A stretch of DNA of 64,000 nt from NCBI GenBank assembly GCA_030704615.1, contig CM060732.1, forward strand, positions 14,384,001 through 14,448,000. The letters run 5' to 3'. This DNA is from Takakia lepidozioides. Its lineage: Eukaryota; Plantae; Bryophyta. Below the pieces are notes generated by a model that was not told the origin of the DNA, did no database searches, and saw nothing but the letters and a program-made list of their open reading frames with translations. Position numbers and translations under genes: made by a program. Below, in pieces: positions 37,068-48,550 of this stretch (the stretch's first letter is position 1; each line of letters begins with the position of its first letter).

Positions 37068-40000
37068 ATGGCGGAAAACCCGAGCGCTACAGTGTACTGC
37101 CCTCCTCACGAGCATAGAGCTTCATTTCCGTGCAGAGGGGACATCTGCCGGGTGATGGAGAAATATCTGTGCGTTCGATACCACCTGAAACCGGGGTCGC
37201 TTTTTTTGGAGGAGGAAAGGAAGGACTCAAACGGCGTTGTTGTCGAGAGTATTGTTGTGCTCCACGATGATTTCGGCAATGGCAAGGAATGGCGAGTTCC
37301 ACCATCGGACAACGTCATATACAGGGCTGTTGGGGACTTCATTTGCCCGCGAAATGCACCTTCTATCCTGGCGCCTTCCACGAAACAATCCGCGAATCAG
37401 AGAGTGGCTATCTCAAAGAGAGAAGTCCGCAACGAAGTAAATCCAGAGCCGAACCCATCCATGAAGACGAGCGAGAACCGGGTTGTTCACAACCTGTCCG
37501 ACTCAGACGAGGTCATGGAAGTTCCGAGATCGTCCTGGAGATCAGGCAAGTCCTCAATGGACGTCAGTGGACGAGGGAGTCATATTCCTAGCACGAGCAC
37601 CCAGTTCGATCTATTCTTGAAATTCTGCGAGGGCTTCACATGGAGGGACACCGCTCGGAGCTGGCCGGGCTGGACTACAACAAGTTCGCAATTAAATCGG
37701 TTACATGCCTTCCCGCAGACGTCGACGGTAATATCTTCTTTGAGTTCCCTCCTCGGACGGACTACTCGAGGGCGTCCGGAATGTTGACAGATATGGATAG
37801 AAAACATGATGGTCATCCTTGGTGCGTCACCAAAACCACCAGCATGAAGATGCTCGATGGTGTGCGGGTGCGCTACGTTGTTTATGCGGGCGCGTTGCGG
37901 TGTTTTTCCCCAACTTGCTTCCATTTTAAATCCAGAGGTCACAGGAACGAGACCGATTGGACAGGCACAGCTCATCAACCATTTCGAGCTCAGGAGAAGG
38001 TTCCGAACTCCACATTTAAGTGTGCGCATTGCAAAGAATCACCACACTGCATGTCTGTTTGTAATGCCAAGCAGTTCTATGTGTTGCACCATTTCCCTGA
38101 CCTCACCCGAGCTTGCATACACGTTGGTTCCCATTGTCACAAATTGGCAAGGGGGAACTCGCGGGAGGCTGCCCACGAGGTAGAGCAGCTCGTTCAGGAG
38201 GAGGTTAAGTTGAGACCGGGTGCCAAACCCAAACAGATACAGCTCCAAGCCGCCCATAAGATGGCATTGGCCAGAATTATGTCGGAAGACGGCTCCAATA
38301 GAGTTCCTCTCGATGAGAAGGAAATGGAGGCATTGATGCACTCCATTCTGGAGATGAAGCGACGATGTGGATATGACTACATTCATGGAAGTAGGTTTCC
38401 AGGACAAGGGATTGAGGCAGATCGTTGTTTCGTATTCAAAATGTCCACGTGTGGACCTGGCAGCGGCGTCGAATTGGTCGACAAGATGATGAGTGGGAAC
38501 TTGTCAAACAGTTGGGTCATGTTCGACCATATCAAGCAAATTACAAATCACCAGTGGGTGACAATGGGTGCACATGTCTATGACACCCACTGTAGGATGC
38601 TAATGACAATTGCTATTTGTGAGATGAAAGGAGAGGACACACAATCGGAGATGCTTCTTTGGCAGGGAATAAACGAACAGATGGCCAAGGCGGGATTGCC
38701 CCTTCCAAATTTCCGTGGTTTCATGGCGGACAACGCACAAACAAATTGGGTTGCCATCCGAAGGGTGTACGGGCAAGACCCCAATGTTCCGATGGAAGGC
38801 AAGGAGAGATCTTGTGGGTTCCATTTTCTGCAGAGCCTTTCGCAGTACACTACCAGGCTCGTGGCGCCAGATTTCAGAGAGGAGCACCGTTCCATGTGTC
38901 TTGCGTGGAAGCGCGCTCCCACCTTAGATGATGCAGAGACTCAGTTTGCATGTATACGGGCTTGGTGGACATCGTCAGGTGCTGTAAGGAAATCAGACGA
39001 GGGAGCAATGGTCAGTTGGCTAGCATGGTGGCATTATCGTTTCCTCCAGTTCGGCGACTATATGCGGGAGGTGAGTTGCACGAATTCGCGTCCCGTTGAA
39101 TATTATTCTTGGCATTATTTGTAACTTGCTTGTAACCTCAACATGTGCTTGTGTAGGAAATGTGTCTCGACTCCGACACCGACATGCCCACGACAAATAT
39201 GGCCGAATCAGTGCAGTCTTCCTGGCGTGCCTCCTCTGCGGCGCATCTGGTGGACATCCTCACTGCCACAACGGAGGACATTGTGAGGTCAATTATGCAG
39301 CAATGCAGGTACAACGAGTTCTTGAAAGGGAAACAGTGGGGCTTGGGGCCGGACAGGCAGGAAATGCTGATGCGGACTGCCTCCAGATCGAAAAGGAGAT
39401 GTTCATACCCGTCCAGTGAGACGAAGACTTGACGAGGCACCTGGCGGGGAAGAGGATTCATGGCGAGCTGACAAGAATATTCGCACGCTTCCTCGTGGTC
39501 CCGTGATGTTGCCCGAGGAGGTCTCGTCGAGCACCGCAAGTCCTGCACGTTCAAGATCGCCATCTCCTTTGAGCACAGGGCACGTGCATTGTTTCAGCGG
39601 CAGATTTTTGACTCCCACATTTGCTCACGCCACAAAACGCAGACGTTTTGGTTCTGTAGGCACGACATAATGACCTGTGTATTTGGCAAGCCCAAATATG
39701 GGATTCAGGGAATGCCGGAGCCTCCGGGCGTCTGGCCTGTTGCACCGGGTTGCAGCCTCTCTCAGAATGAGGCGGATGCTCTATCTGCAGCATGATTTTG
39801 TATGGTGCAATGCACAGACGTCCCGGCCCACGCATTTCTAGTTCCTCAGACCCAGCCATTGCAGACTGCTCGGTCCAGTAGAGACGGATTGGACAATTCT
39901 GCACATCCCACAATGCGATTCGGAAGAGTGAAGAGACGACACCCTCCCAACAAGTTGAATGAGACTCGGATTGCCAATGCTCTTGGGATGGCTTGCACTA

Positions 40001-40305
40001 TTCAGAGCTCCGTGGACGTACCTCCACCCGGCCTTGGGCGTGTTTATCGGATGGTAACGGCCGGCTCGGCTGTACGCGACGATGTATACACAATTACGAT
40101 TGGAGTGGAGCCGACTTGCAATTGTACGGACTTCTCGTTGATGGAAGCAAAGAAGGGTTCAAAGTATTATCTGTGCAAGCATCTGTATTACAGTTACCTG
40201 AAGAGGTTGAGGATGAACGTGACTATTGATGACTTTATTCATGCACCGGCGTTGAGCGTGAACGAGCTGCACAAACTCCTCCTTAGGGATTCCAGAATTC
40301 ATTGA
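37068..40305 (+). pseudogene. MULE transposase B2 (GCM-like, DDE, SWIM), spans start to stop but with frameshifts and internal deletions; intron 39071-39156
   Basis: ATG at 37068 (MAENPS); ORFs 36936-37787, 37640-39124, 39160-39432, 39589-39795, 39802-40305; FDHIK, FMADNAQ, CGFHF, TNMAESV; CNCTDF...LCKH. Confidence 0.9.
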
Positions 40306-40454
40306 TGGGGCAAAAGGAATCCTCCATATGGATATTTTCAATTGCATTTTCATGTATCAGATTTTTTTTTGCAGTGTAATGAAATGCACCCCAAAACTCC
40401 TGGAATGAGGCAATATTCCATTCAAACTGAGATCCAACAGAAGTAGTTGTGGGG

Positions 40455-41090
40455 CCATTTCTGGAAAAATGGCGCCGAATTTCTCTATTTTGGGCCGAAA
40501 ACTGGCTAAGTCCCAACATGCACTGGTACCCCTGTGTCAGGAAAAATGGCGCCGAATTTCCCTATTTTGGGCCGAAATTTGGCTAAGTCCGAACATGCTC
40601 GGGAATGATGTTTGGAAAAATGGCGCCGAATTTCCAGTTACATGGCCCAGAACTGCCCAACATCTGTGCAATCCCCGACACCATGTACCGAAATTCGGCG
40701 CCACATTTCCAAATTTTGGGCTTACACACCTGTCATGAGGGGACCTATAGCCGCGGAATTCGGCACCATTTTTCGCCAGAGAGACCTATTACCGTGAAAT
40801 ACGTCGCGATTCTTTCCGGTTACGGACCCTATTACCGCGAAATTCGGCGCCATTTTTGCACATGTCGGTGGGAATTGGCATGAGCGGAAGACAAAATATC
40901 ATGAGCACAACTCTCAAAACTACAATTTCCCCTTCAAGGTGCCGAATAATATATTTGTTTTTTCTGACACATTCCATTAAATTAATGTTTTATAATGTTT
41001 TTTATTTTCGAAATTTGTACTTCTGCTCATGAAAACCGATTGTCTTGCTACTCCGCTCATGCCGCTCATGCTCATGAAATAGCAAACCTC
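40455..41090. repeat. Subterminal GGCGCC-motif cluster and right TIR of B2
   Basis: AAAAATGGCGCCGAATTTC near 40466, 40543 and 40616, plus inverted copies; ends ...CTCATGAAATAGCAAACCTC. Confidence 0.85.
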
Positions 41091-41098
41091 ACAAGCAG
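41091..41098. repeat. Right target-site duplication ACAAGCAG of element B2
   Basis: Matches 28379-28386. Confidence 0.92.
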
Positions 41099-41112
41099 AA
41101 GGGAGACGGCAT

Positions 41113-42390
41113 ACCAGCTGACCAGGGAAACCCCATTTCACAAGGTAGAGGCTGTTCACACAATTCCATGTGCGCAAAACTTCAAACCCTGAAGACTTCA
41201 AGTATGATGCCAATGCCCGACGACTATCTTTGTCACATGACTGAAAAAGCGGAAGTGTCCCTGCATCAGAGAGGAAATTATTACAGAACCCGAACACCCA
41301 ACTCCAGTAGTTGTCCTCAAATTTGTTCCAGCCTGGAGTCTTGCCCTTTGGAAGAACTTCTGGCACAGCCTGGCCATCCGGGATGTCGAGAATGACAATG
41401 TCAGCCGCATATGTTTTCTGCACACCGCACACGAAGGTGGGACCTGTGCTCACCTGCAATAGACATGTTTTTTTTAAGAACGATGGCAAGAATGTTTTCA
41501 AAGAACCAGACTAAAATACTGCCAATGAAACTTTCAGAGAAAAAGGAAAGAAACTGGAATTCTCACCAAATTGAGGAATGAGATTATGTTGTCCCAGGTA
41601 GGCGAAGGCACCCCAGTGTATCCTCTCTTTCGACTCTACATCATCGACAGCCAACCCTCATTGACAATTTTAATCTCTCCTGCCGAATCAGAACGGGAAG
41701 GGTGTGGCTTGGCATCAAACACGCACTGAACTGTGCGGGTATATTTTCCAGCAGTGAAGTCCTGCCCACTCTCCATCTCCTTTTCTTTCTCCTTCCCCTT
41801 ATCCTTTTCCTTCTCTTTGGACTTGTCTTTGTCCTTTGGCTTTGCTGGTGAGATGGCTATGACATCAAGAGCCTTGTCTTTTGGTTTGCGGCCCGCCTTC
41901 TTTCCCTTCTGCGGCGTTCCCTGAGCATCAGGCTCCTTGCAGCCAATGTTGCTATGTTTCTTTGGTACTCTTTGTCAGTCAGAGGCGCCAGCATCTCAGC
42001 ATTATTGTTCAAATATTTCATATGTTGTTCTTGAAAGGTCGTGTGCTCCGGTGGGCAGTCAAGGTACCAGCCACAGTCTCTGAAGTGAGAAGGACTCCAG
42101 TCCTTCAATATCCCTACAGTATACATGGTTGGATTGTTTGCAGGGTCCGACCACATGTCAAGATAGTCTGGAATACCGCTCAGGTGATTTCCTTCCATAA
42201 GCACATATTTCGTGTATATGTTAAACAGGAGATAAATCCCAACCCATCAAAGCGCAAAGTGAGTAAGATGCAAGTAGCACAGAATGAAAAAAACATGGAA
42301 TGAAATGGCTCTGAGAACTGCTCCAAGGACCTTTCAGGACCACGCGACAGCTCCGGATGTGAATGTCGTCAACGCCATTCAAAACATTCC
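41113..42390 (-). pseudogene. Middle exons of the diverged MTase2 paralog (5' ParB part absent)
   Basis: LMEGNHLS...LKDWSPSHFRDCGWYLDCPP matches family-B LLEKGHLS...MKEWHLEHLRDCPWYVDLPP. AADIVILDIPDG...PGWNKFEDNYW...FLSDAG...RTWNCVN matches ACDMILLDIPDG...PTWNRFTEDYW...LLDDGG...KKWFCIN. Confidence 0.82.
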
Positions 42391-42491
42391 ATTCAATGAT
42401 ACTGTAAATACACCCTAATCCATGTGAATGCAAACTCTCGCTTTGGAATGACACAGACATAGAAATGAATGTCGTCAACGGCATTCACTTT

Positions 42492-44669
42492 GAAGAGGCA
42501 AAAGCGCTTGCGAACTCCAGGAAAGCGGCAGAGCTTGCTCAGGCAGGAATTTAGGAGAAATTGCATGAGAAGAGTAAAGGCCAAAGGAAAAGGACAAGGA
42601 AACAGGTGAGTGCAGTAACACCCAAAAAGAAGAAAACCATCGGGGCATCGGAGGAGGCGCAGGAGGGGACCCAAGAGAGTGACTCGGACGACGACTTTGT
42701 TCAAGGTCCTGCGACTGCTGTTGCTCCTACCCAGTCACCGGTCGTCCGGGTTCCCAAGTCAATTCGGAGTGGGACTGGCTCTGCCAAGAAGTTGGCATTT
42801 GAGGGCGAGCCTACACGGCGGTATTCGGCGGTGACGTTTACGCACAGGCCAAAGCTAGAACCTCCAACCATCATCCAATGCGTCAATGAGAGCTTCCTTG
42901 ACGCTCTCACTGCCAGGGCGAAGAAGGTGGCACACAACAAGTCTCTGGCGGAGCAGAAGGGGAAAGCCAAGAAGAGGGCTGCGGTACAGAGCCTAAAGAC
43001 ACCCCTGGTTTTGAAGCCATGATGGAATTCTTCACGGCTGTGAGCACGAATTGCAAGAGCACTCGGGGGGGGGGGGGGGGGGGTTGAGGTGGAGAGAGCT
43101 TGCGACATGATTCTCCTCGACATTCCAGATGGGGAGCTGCTGGAGGGCCTGGATGGTGTGCCCACCTGGAACAGGTTTACTGAGGACTACTGGAAGCCGG
43201 GTTTGGGCTGGCAGGGATGCTTCTGGATGACGGTGGATGTGTGGTTGTCCTTGCCACGAGAGGGAAGACCACAGAGAATGCGGTGGCAAGGTGGACACCG
43301 AAAAGTGTCACCCCGGTCCTCCTCAAAAAATGGTTCTGCATCAGTACGCAAGGGTTTGCGAACAGAGGGCCAAAGTGTAAGTTATCAATCTATTGCATTC
43401 ACTTCATATTGTGGTGTATGTTAAGTAGACCCTGGAGTTGATCCCTTCTTTGTTGGATGTGCAGACATTGGTGTTTGAGGCATATTGCTTTGTGAAGAGA
43501 GGGTCTACGTTCAAATTCCGCAACGACGGTCGTCTTGTTGATGCCGCTGTGGACCCTGTAACCTACGATGTCCTCTTACAACTATGTGCCCCACTCTAGT
43601 ATGCCGAAGGACACAAAGACAGGCAAACCGTGGCGGTACAGCCGGACCCGGAGCCCTGCTTTCATCCAAACCCTCATGGAGACGTGCTCGGATGTCCAAA
43701 GGCGGATTCTGGACCTCACATGCGGCACGGGTAAGCCTTCACGTGCTCAGTTTGTCCCCTGGCCCGATTGCAATTGCATGCCGCAAGCTATTAACCGCCC
43801 GCTTTGTTCCTCAGGTGCTTCAATGTGGGCAGGGACGTTGTCCGACAGGCATGTGTTCGCCTTCGAGCCAGATACTGCCCTCCACAACTCCGAACTTGCA
43901 GCGGCTGAACGTCTGCCGAAAGAGGAAGAGGCATCCTCGGAGGATGAGAAAAAATCCGAGAAGGAGCAGGGGGAGGAAGTTGGGATCGAGGCCGAGGAGC
44001 CCCCGGTTTACGAGTGAGTGGTGGCATTGTAAGTTGCCTCCAGATTTCGTGTGAGGCACCTCCCTCCGCTCTCTTATTTCATTGAAAACCCTTTGTGGTT
44101 GTGCTGGTATTGACATTCTTGAAGTGGATTTGTTCTTACTGTAGGATGCCAAGTACTGCGGAGGGACGTCTACACCGGAGTTCATGGGCAGGAGGAACGT
44201 GCCTTTTTTTGCCAGGGGGGATTTCATGCCTAGTCCAGAAAGGGAGTACATCCTTCCTACTTATGCTGCCCGGCTTGCTTCGGTGTCCATTAGGAGGTGT
44301 TCCGAACGTAGTCGTGTACAGTCCCCCAAGGAGAGGACGGGATTTTTGAGAGGCATAGTGGAACTGATGCATCACAGAGCTCGGAGGACGAGGGGATGAG
44401 GGGATGAGGAAAGGTGGGACAAGTTCCTCGGAGGGTGTAGGAGAGTAGTGCCCATTCCGGCTATGACAGTTAGAACACACTTGTATAGACGTGGCTTGCC
44501 ACAAAATTTGCAATAAAATGTTGCATTTCAAGTCCACTGGTGCCACATTCCAACTTCACATGACCCTATTTCCGTGCCTCCTAACCCTATTTCCGTGGAC
44601 TCACAATGGTCTGCTCATGCTTTTTTTTTTTCCGCTCATGCTCATGCCGCTCATGAAATAACAGCCCTC
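42492..44669 (-). mobile_element. Family B fragment, copy B3: MTase 3' half (on + strand) through the TIR
   Basis: Near-identical to the reverse complement of 28387-30685; introns 43731-43814 and about 44014-44144; ends ...CTCATGAAATAACAGCCCTC at 44669. Confidence 0.88.
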
Positions 44670-45041
44670 GGTGGCTGGCACCAAAATCGGAAATTCGGCG
44701 CCATTTTTCCAGTTCCGGGCCCAATCAGATCTGGGACTTAGCCATTTTCGGCCCCGAAAATGGCTAAGTCCTAGGGTGGCTGGAACCGCAACCAGAAATT
44801 CGGCGCCATTTTTCCAGTTCTGGGCCCAGTCAGTTCTGGGACTTAGCCATTTTCGGGCCCAACCTAGGAAAATGGTGCCGAAAATGGTTTACGAGTGAGT
44901 GGTCGCATTGTAAGTTGCCTCCTGATTTTGTGAGGCACCTCCCTTCGCTCTTTTATTTCATTGAAAGACCATTTCTGCTTCTGCTGGTATTGACATTTTT
45001 CAAGTGGATTTGTTTCTTACTGTAGGATGCCAAGTACTGCA
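44670..45041. mobile_element. Further family B debris: intronic array units joined directly to the last-intron region
   Basis: GGAAATTCGGCGCCATTTTTCC units at 44689-44880, then sequence matching 44006-44159. Confidence 0.75.
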
Positions 45042-45541
45042 NNNNNNNNNNNNNNNNNNNNNNNNNNNNNNNNNNNNNNNNNNNNNNNNNNNNNNNNNNN
45101 NNNNNNNNNNNNNNNNNNNNNNNNNNNNNNNNNNNNNNNNNNNNNNNNNNNNNNNNNNNNNNNNNNNNNNNNNNNNNNNNNNNNNNNNNNNNNNNNNNNN
45201 NNNNNNNNNNNNNNNNNNNNNNNNNNNNNNNNNNNNNNNNNNNNNNNNNNNNNNNNNNNNNNNNNNNNNNNNNNNNNNNNNNNNNNNNNNNNNNNNNNNN
45301 NNNNNNNNNNNNNNNNNNNNNNNNNNNNNNNNNNNNNNNNNNNNNNNNNNNNNNNNNNNNNNNNNNNNNNNNNNNNNNNNNNNNNNNNNNNNNNNNNNNN
45401 NNNNNNNNNNNNNNNNNNNNNNNNNNNNNNNNNNNNNNNNNNNNNNNNNNNNNNNNNNNNNNNNNNNNNNNNNNNNNNNNNNNNNNNNNNNNNNNNNNNN
45501 NNNNNNNNNNNNNNNNNNNNNNNNNNNNNNNNNNNNNNNNN
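45042..45541. other. Assembly gap (500 N)
   Basis: Run of n. Confidence 1.
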
Positions 45542-45629
45542 GGCGACCCTCAAAAGCGGAAGACCGTTGATGGGACATCAACCTTGGAGCGTGGGGAGGA
45601 AATGCATTCTACCCCGGCTAGCTTAGGAA

Positions 45630-47137
45630 TCCGATTGCAAAAAACCTGTTTGTACAAAACGTGCTATAAATGAAATGGCTTCCAAATGTTTGCGTCCTAT
45701 TTTGTTTCGACGGTGATGCATGGTATGGTTGGCTAGTGTGTAGAATGCCTGCTAGCTTATAAAAGTGGGAGAGGTAAATTGGGTTAATCGTGTGTTTGCG
45801 TAGTGCCGAAATCGGTGTGACCCCCATCCAAGGGGCAAGGAAACTTGCGCCTTCTTTGGGAGTTCACGTGCTAATGCGCACCTGGCGCGTGCGCGTACTA
45901 TAACTAACGCGCTACCATGGGGTTGCCTTGTAGTGCGGGCTAACGCGGAAGCTACGTGGCTTCCGTTCACGACTATAATCGTTAGCCTCGGGACGAAGTC
46001 GTAGTGCGCTTCGGCATGTTCCCGTACCTCAGGCCACATTCCAAGGCGGACCCAATTGTAGTGATTGGGGCGCACGGTTGGTTCAAGGTTATCTTCCCTA
46101 GTCAAAGAGGGTTCCAGGTGAACCCTTGCTCAGGTGATTCCCAAAGCGGCATCATGAGCGATCGCAAGCAATGTTGTTGCAGTAAGGCGATTCGATCCTC
46201 GGGGAGGATCGTTCCTTGGCTTTGAAGTAGCCAAGAAGAGTGCACTGGGAGGAGCTGGAGAGGCTCCACCCTTGGCCGGGACTTGGAGAAGTCGCCAAAC
46301 TAGCTAGTGGAGATTAGAGTCAAGTGTGGGGTTTGGTTCTTTGCCATGGGACGCCATGGTACGGAAACAAACTCCTTGATGTGGGACGCCACAACTTGGA
46401 TGTTCGTTTCTACAAAAATGGACAGTCGATGAGGACATCGACTCCCGTTGGTAGGGGTTGTGTCGCGGCCCTTTGCCTTGAGGGCAGGGGGGGTCGGGAC
46501 ACATGAGGGGCTGCCCCTGTGGTAAGGGCAGCGACCGCGATAGGTATGGGGGGCTGAAGCACCCTTGAGTGCCCAAGGCACTCAGGGAAGCGGAGGCGCT
46601 CACTAGGTGGAGCCCCGCACCCGGGTTGCGGTGGGGGTGGCTCCACAAGGGGCGTTGGTAGCTTAGCGGGACTTATGGGGGTGGCATAGGACTCACCATG
46701 GGGGCGGAGACCTCGTGGTGGGAGTCGTGGGGAGTCTTGGGACTCATCACGGTCCATAGGGGCCGTGGTGAGTGGGCCAAGACTCACCGCCACTCATCAC
46801 CGGGAGTCGAGGGTTTTCGTGGTGGTTCGCCATAAAATGGCATGGCTGGTTGTGAAACCCCCGCGGACAGCTACAGAAGTATATATAAGGGGAGTAGTGA
46901 CCCCGAGAACGGTGCAAGCCCGTTGGTGACCAAAAACTAGTGAGTAAGCGAGCGAGCCGGAAAGCGACCAAAGAGTGGGGAGCTTGTTCCGGACTGCCAT
47001 CTACCAAAGGAATTCTCCTAGTCCCAAATAGGTGGAGGGTTTAGTGGGAAGCGAAGGGGGACCGTTATGTCCCGGTGAGCAGCCGAAGCTCCAAGTTGGC
47101 CCGGGCGGCCAAGTTGGCCCGGGCGGCGAGGTTGGGT
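45630..47137 (+). mobile_element. 3' end of the TGTCGC-LTR retroelement: degenerate internal sequence, PPT-like tract, LTR 46461-47137 lacking its last 70 bp or so; left boundary approximate
   Basis: GTCGATGAGGACATCGAC hairpin and GGTAGGGGTTG directly before TGTCGCGGCCC at 46461; inverted match to 57450-58680. Confidence 0.8.
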
Positions 47138-47943
47138 GGGCTGGGACTATTGTCGAGCGGCTCTTACTCACCCATCCCTTCGCTATCCAAGGTGGGAACT
47201 CCAAGATAGAAGAGTTGGATATCTCTAAGCACTCAGCCCACTTAGAACAATCAGTCATGACCTACAACTAGTGTATCATGGAAGTGCTTCTTGTTTGTAT
47301 TCTTCCTTGCCTTCATGTCAGCGAATTACCTTACTATTTATATTTAAGCATCAGATTGCTTCAGCAATCTACCATGTTCCAATCACTCATCCCTTCATTC
47401 CACAGCTTCACTCAGGTCTCTCTACACAGTGTGAGTATGGAATATGTATCAGATTATGATCTATCAAATGTCAGGCCGAAGCCGTGGTGTCCCTAGTCTG
47501 CCCTACAGTATAACTCTACGGTTTGCATGATTCAAACATCAACAGTTCGCGACTCCTCCTTCACTACGCTCTCCATTCCTCAGCTCCAGATCGTCCTTCC
47601 CTTCCCGATGGCCAAGTCGTGATCCAAGAAGTGTCATCCCTCCATTGCTACTCTAGCTTTTCTACCTGCAAGTTGTTCTAACTGCCTAACTAACTAACTG
47701 TCATCCAGATAGAATACACGTTCCTGCTGCCGATGTCGTTTCCACATAGTCGTTCCCTGCCATTGTTACCATTCCCTGCGAATGCTGTGACGGGTTGTGC
47801 CCAACTGTGTCGGACTGTGTTGGGCTGTGACTGGCTGTGTTGAGCTGTGTCGAGTTGTGTCGGGTTGTGACTAATTGTGTCGAGCTGTGTCAGGCTGTGA
47901 TAGACTGTGATAGGATGTGTAAGGCTGTGTCAGATTGCGACTA

Positions 47944-48350
47944 TGTCGCGCACCTCACTTCGGTAAGCTCCCCCCTCAAGTCATAGTTACTTGCTTTGAT
48001 GCGCGCGCCTGACTCCCAACCTGGCCGCTGGGCCAACTTGGAGCTTCGGCTACTCACCGGGGCATAATGGTCCCCCTTCCCAAAGAACCCTCCACCGATT
48101 TGGAACCAGCGGGAATTCCCTTTGGTAGTTGGCAGTCCGGAACAGCTCCCCACTCTTTGGTCGCTTTCCGGCTCGCTCGCTTACTCACTAGTTTTTGGTC
48201 ACCAACGGCTTGCACCGTTCTCGGGTTACTACTCCCTATATATACTTCTGTAGCTGTCCGCGGGGGTTTCACAACCAGCCATGCCATTTTATGGCGAACC
48301 ACCACGAAAACCCTCGACTCCCGGTGATGAGTCGCGGTGAGTCTTGGCCC
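47944..48350 (-). mobile_element. Partial TGTCGC-family LTR (407 bp)
   Basis: Matches 25594-26009; stops after GAGTCTTGGCCC. Confidence 0.88.
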
Positions 48351-48550
48351 ACATTGTCTATAGTGGTTGTGGCAATGTTCTGCACCTGCAGCCTGAGATC
48401 ATTCATCTCCTCCTAGGTGAGCTTCCTTGGTGCCTTCCCTTCTACCGGCTCTTGTGTTAACCACACTTGCATAAGATGATTATCCACCAAGTCCTGTGTA
48501 GCACCCCGAAGAGCCTGCTCCTCCTTGAGTCTGTACATGTCCAATTGCTG

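Larger units (their letters stand above)
28387..41090 (+). mobile_element. Complete MULE family B element, copy B2 (12,704 bp): TIR, ParB-MTase gene (-), palindrome array, transposase (+), TIR
   Basis: Left end GGGGGCTGCTATTTCATGAGCGGCATGAGCATGAGCGG; right end (reverse complement) GAGGTTTGCTATTTCATGAGCATGAGCGGCATGAGCGG; 8-bp TSD; flanks rejoin into one intron of MTase2. Confidence 0.93.

Noticed and set aside
37068-40305. Classification as Zisupton/KDZ because of the 8-bp TSD and SWIM finger
   Set aside because: The core motifs (FDH, FMAD..A, CxFH, N.AES) follow the Mutator D-D-CxxH-E pattern.
45000-45626. ORFs spanning the N run
   Set aside because: Artefacts of the assembly gap.
46040-46440. 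Degenerate integrase C-terminus or chromodomain in the TGTCGC element's internal sequence
   Set aside because: Only faint resemblance, with stops and inconsistent frames between the two copies; not supportable without a profile search.
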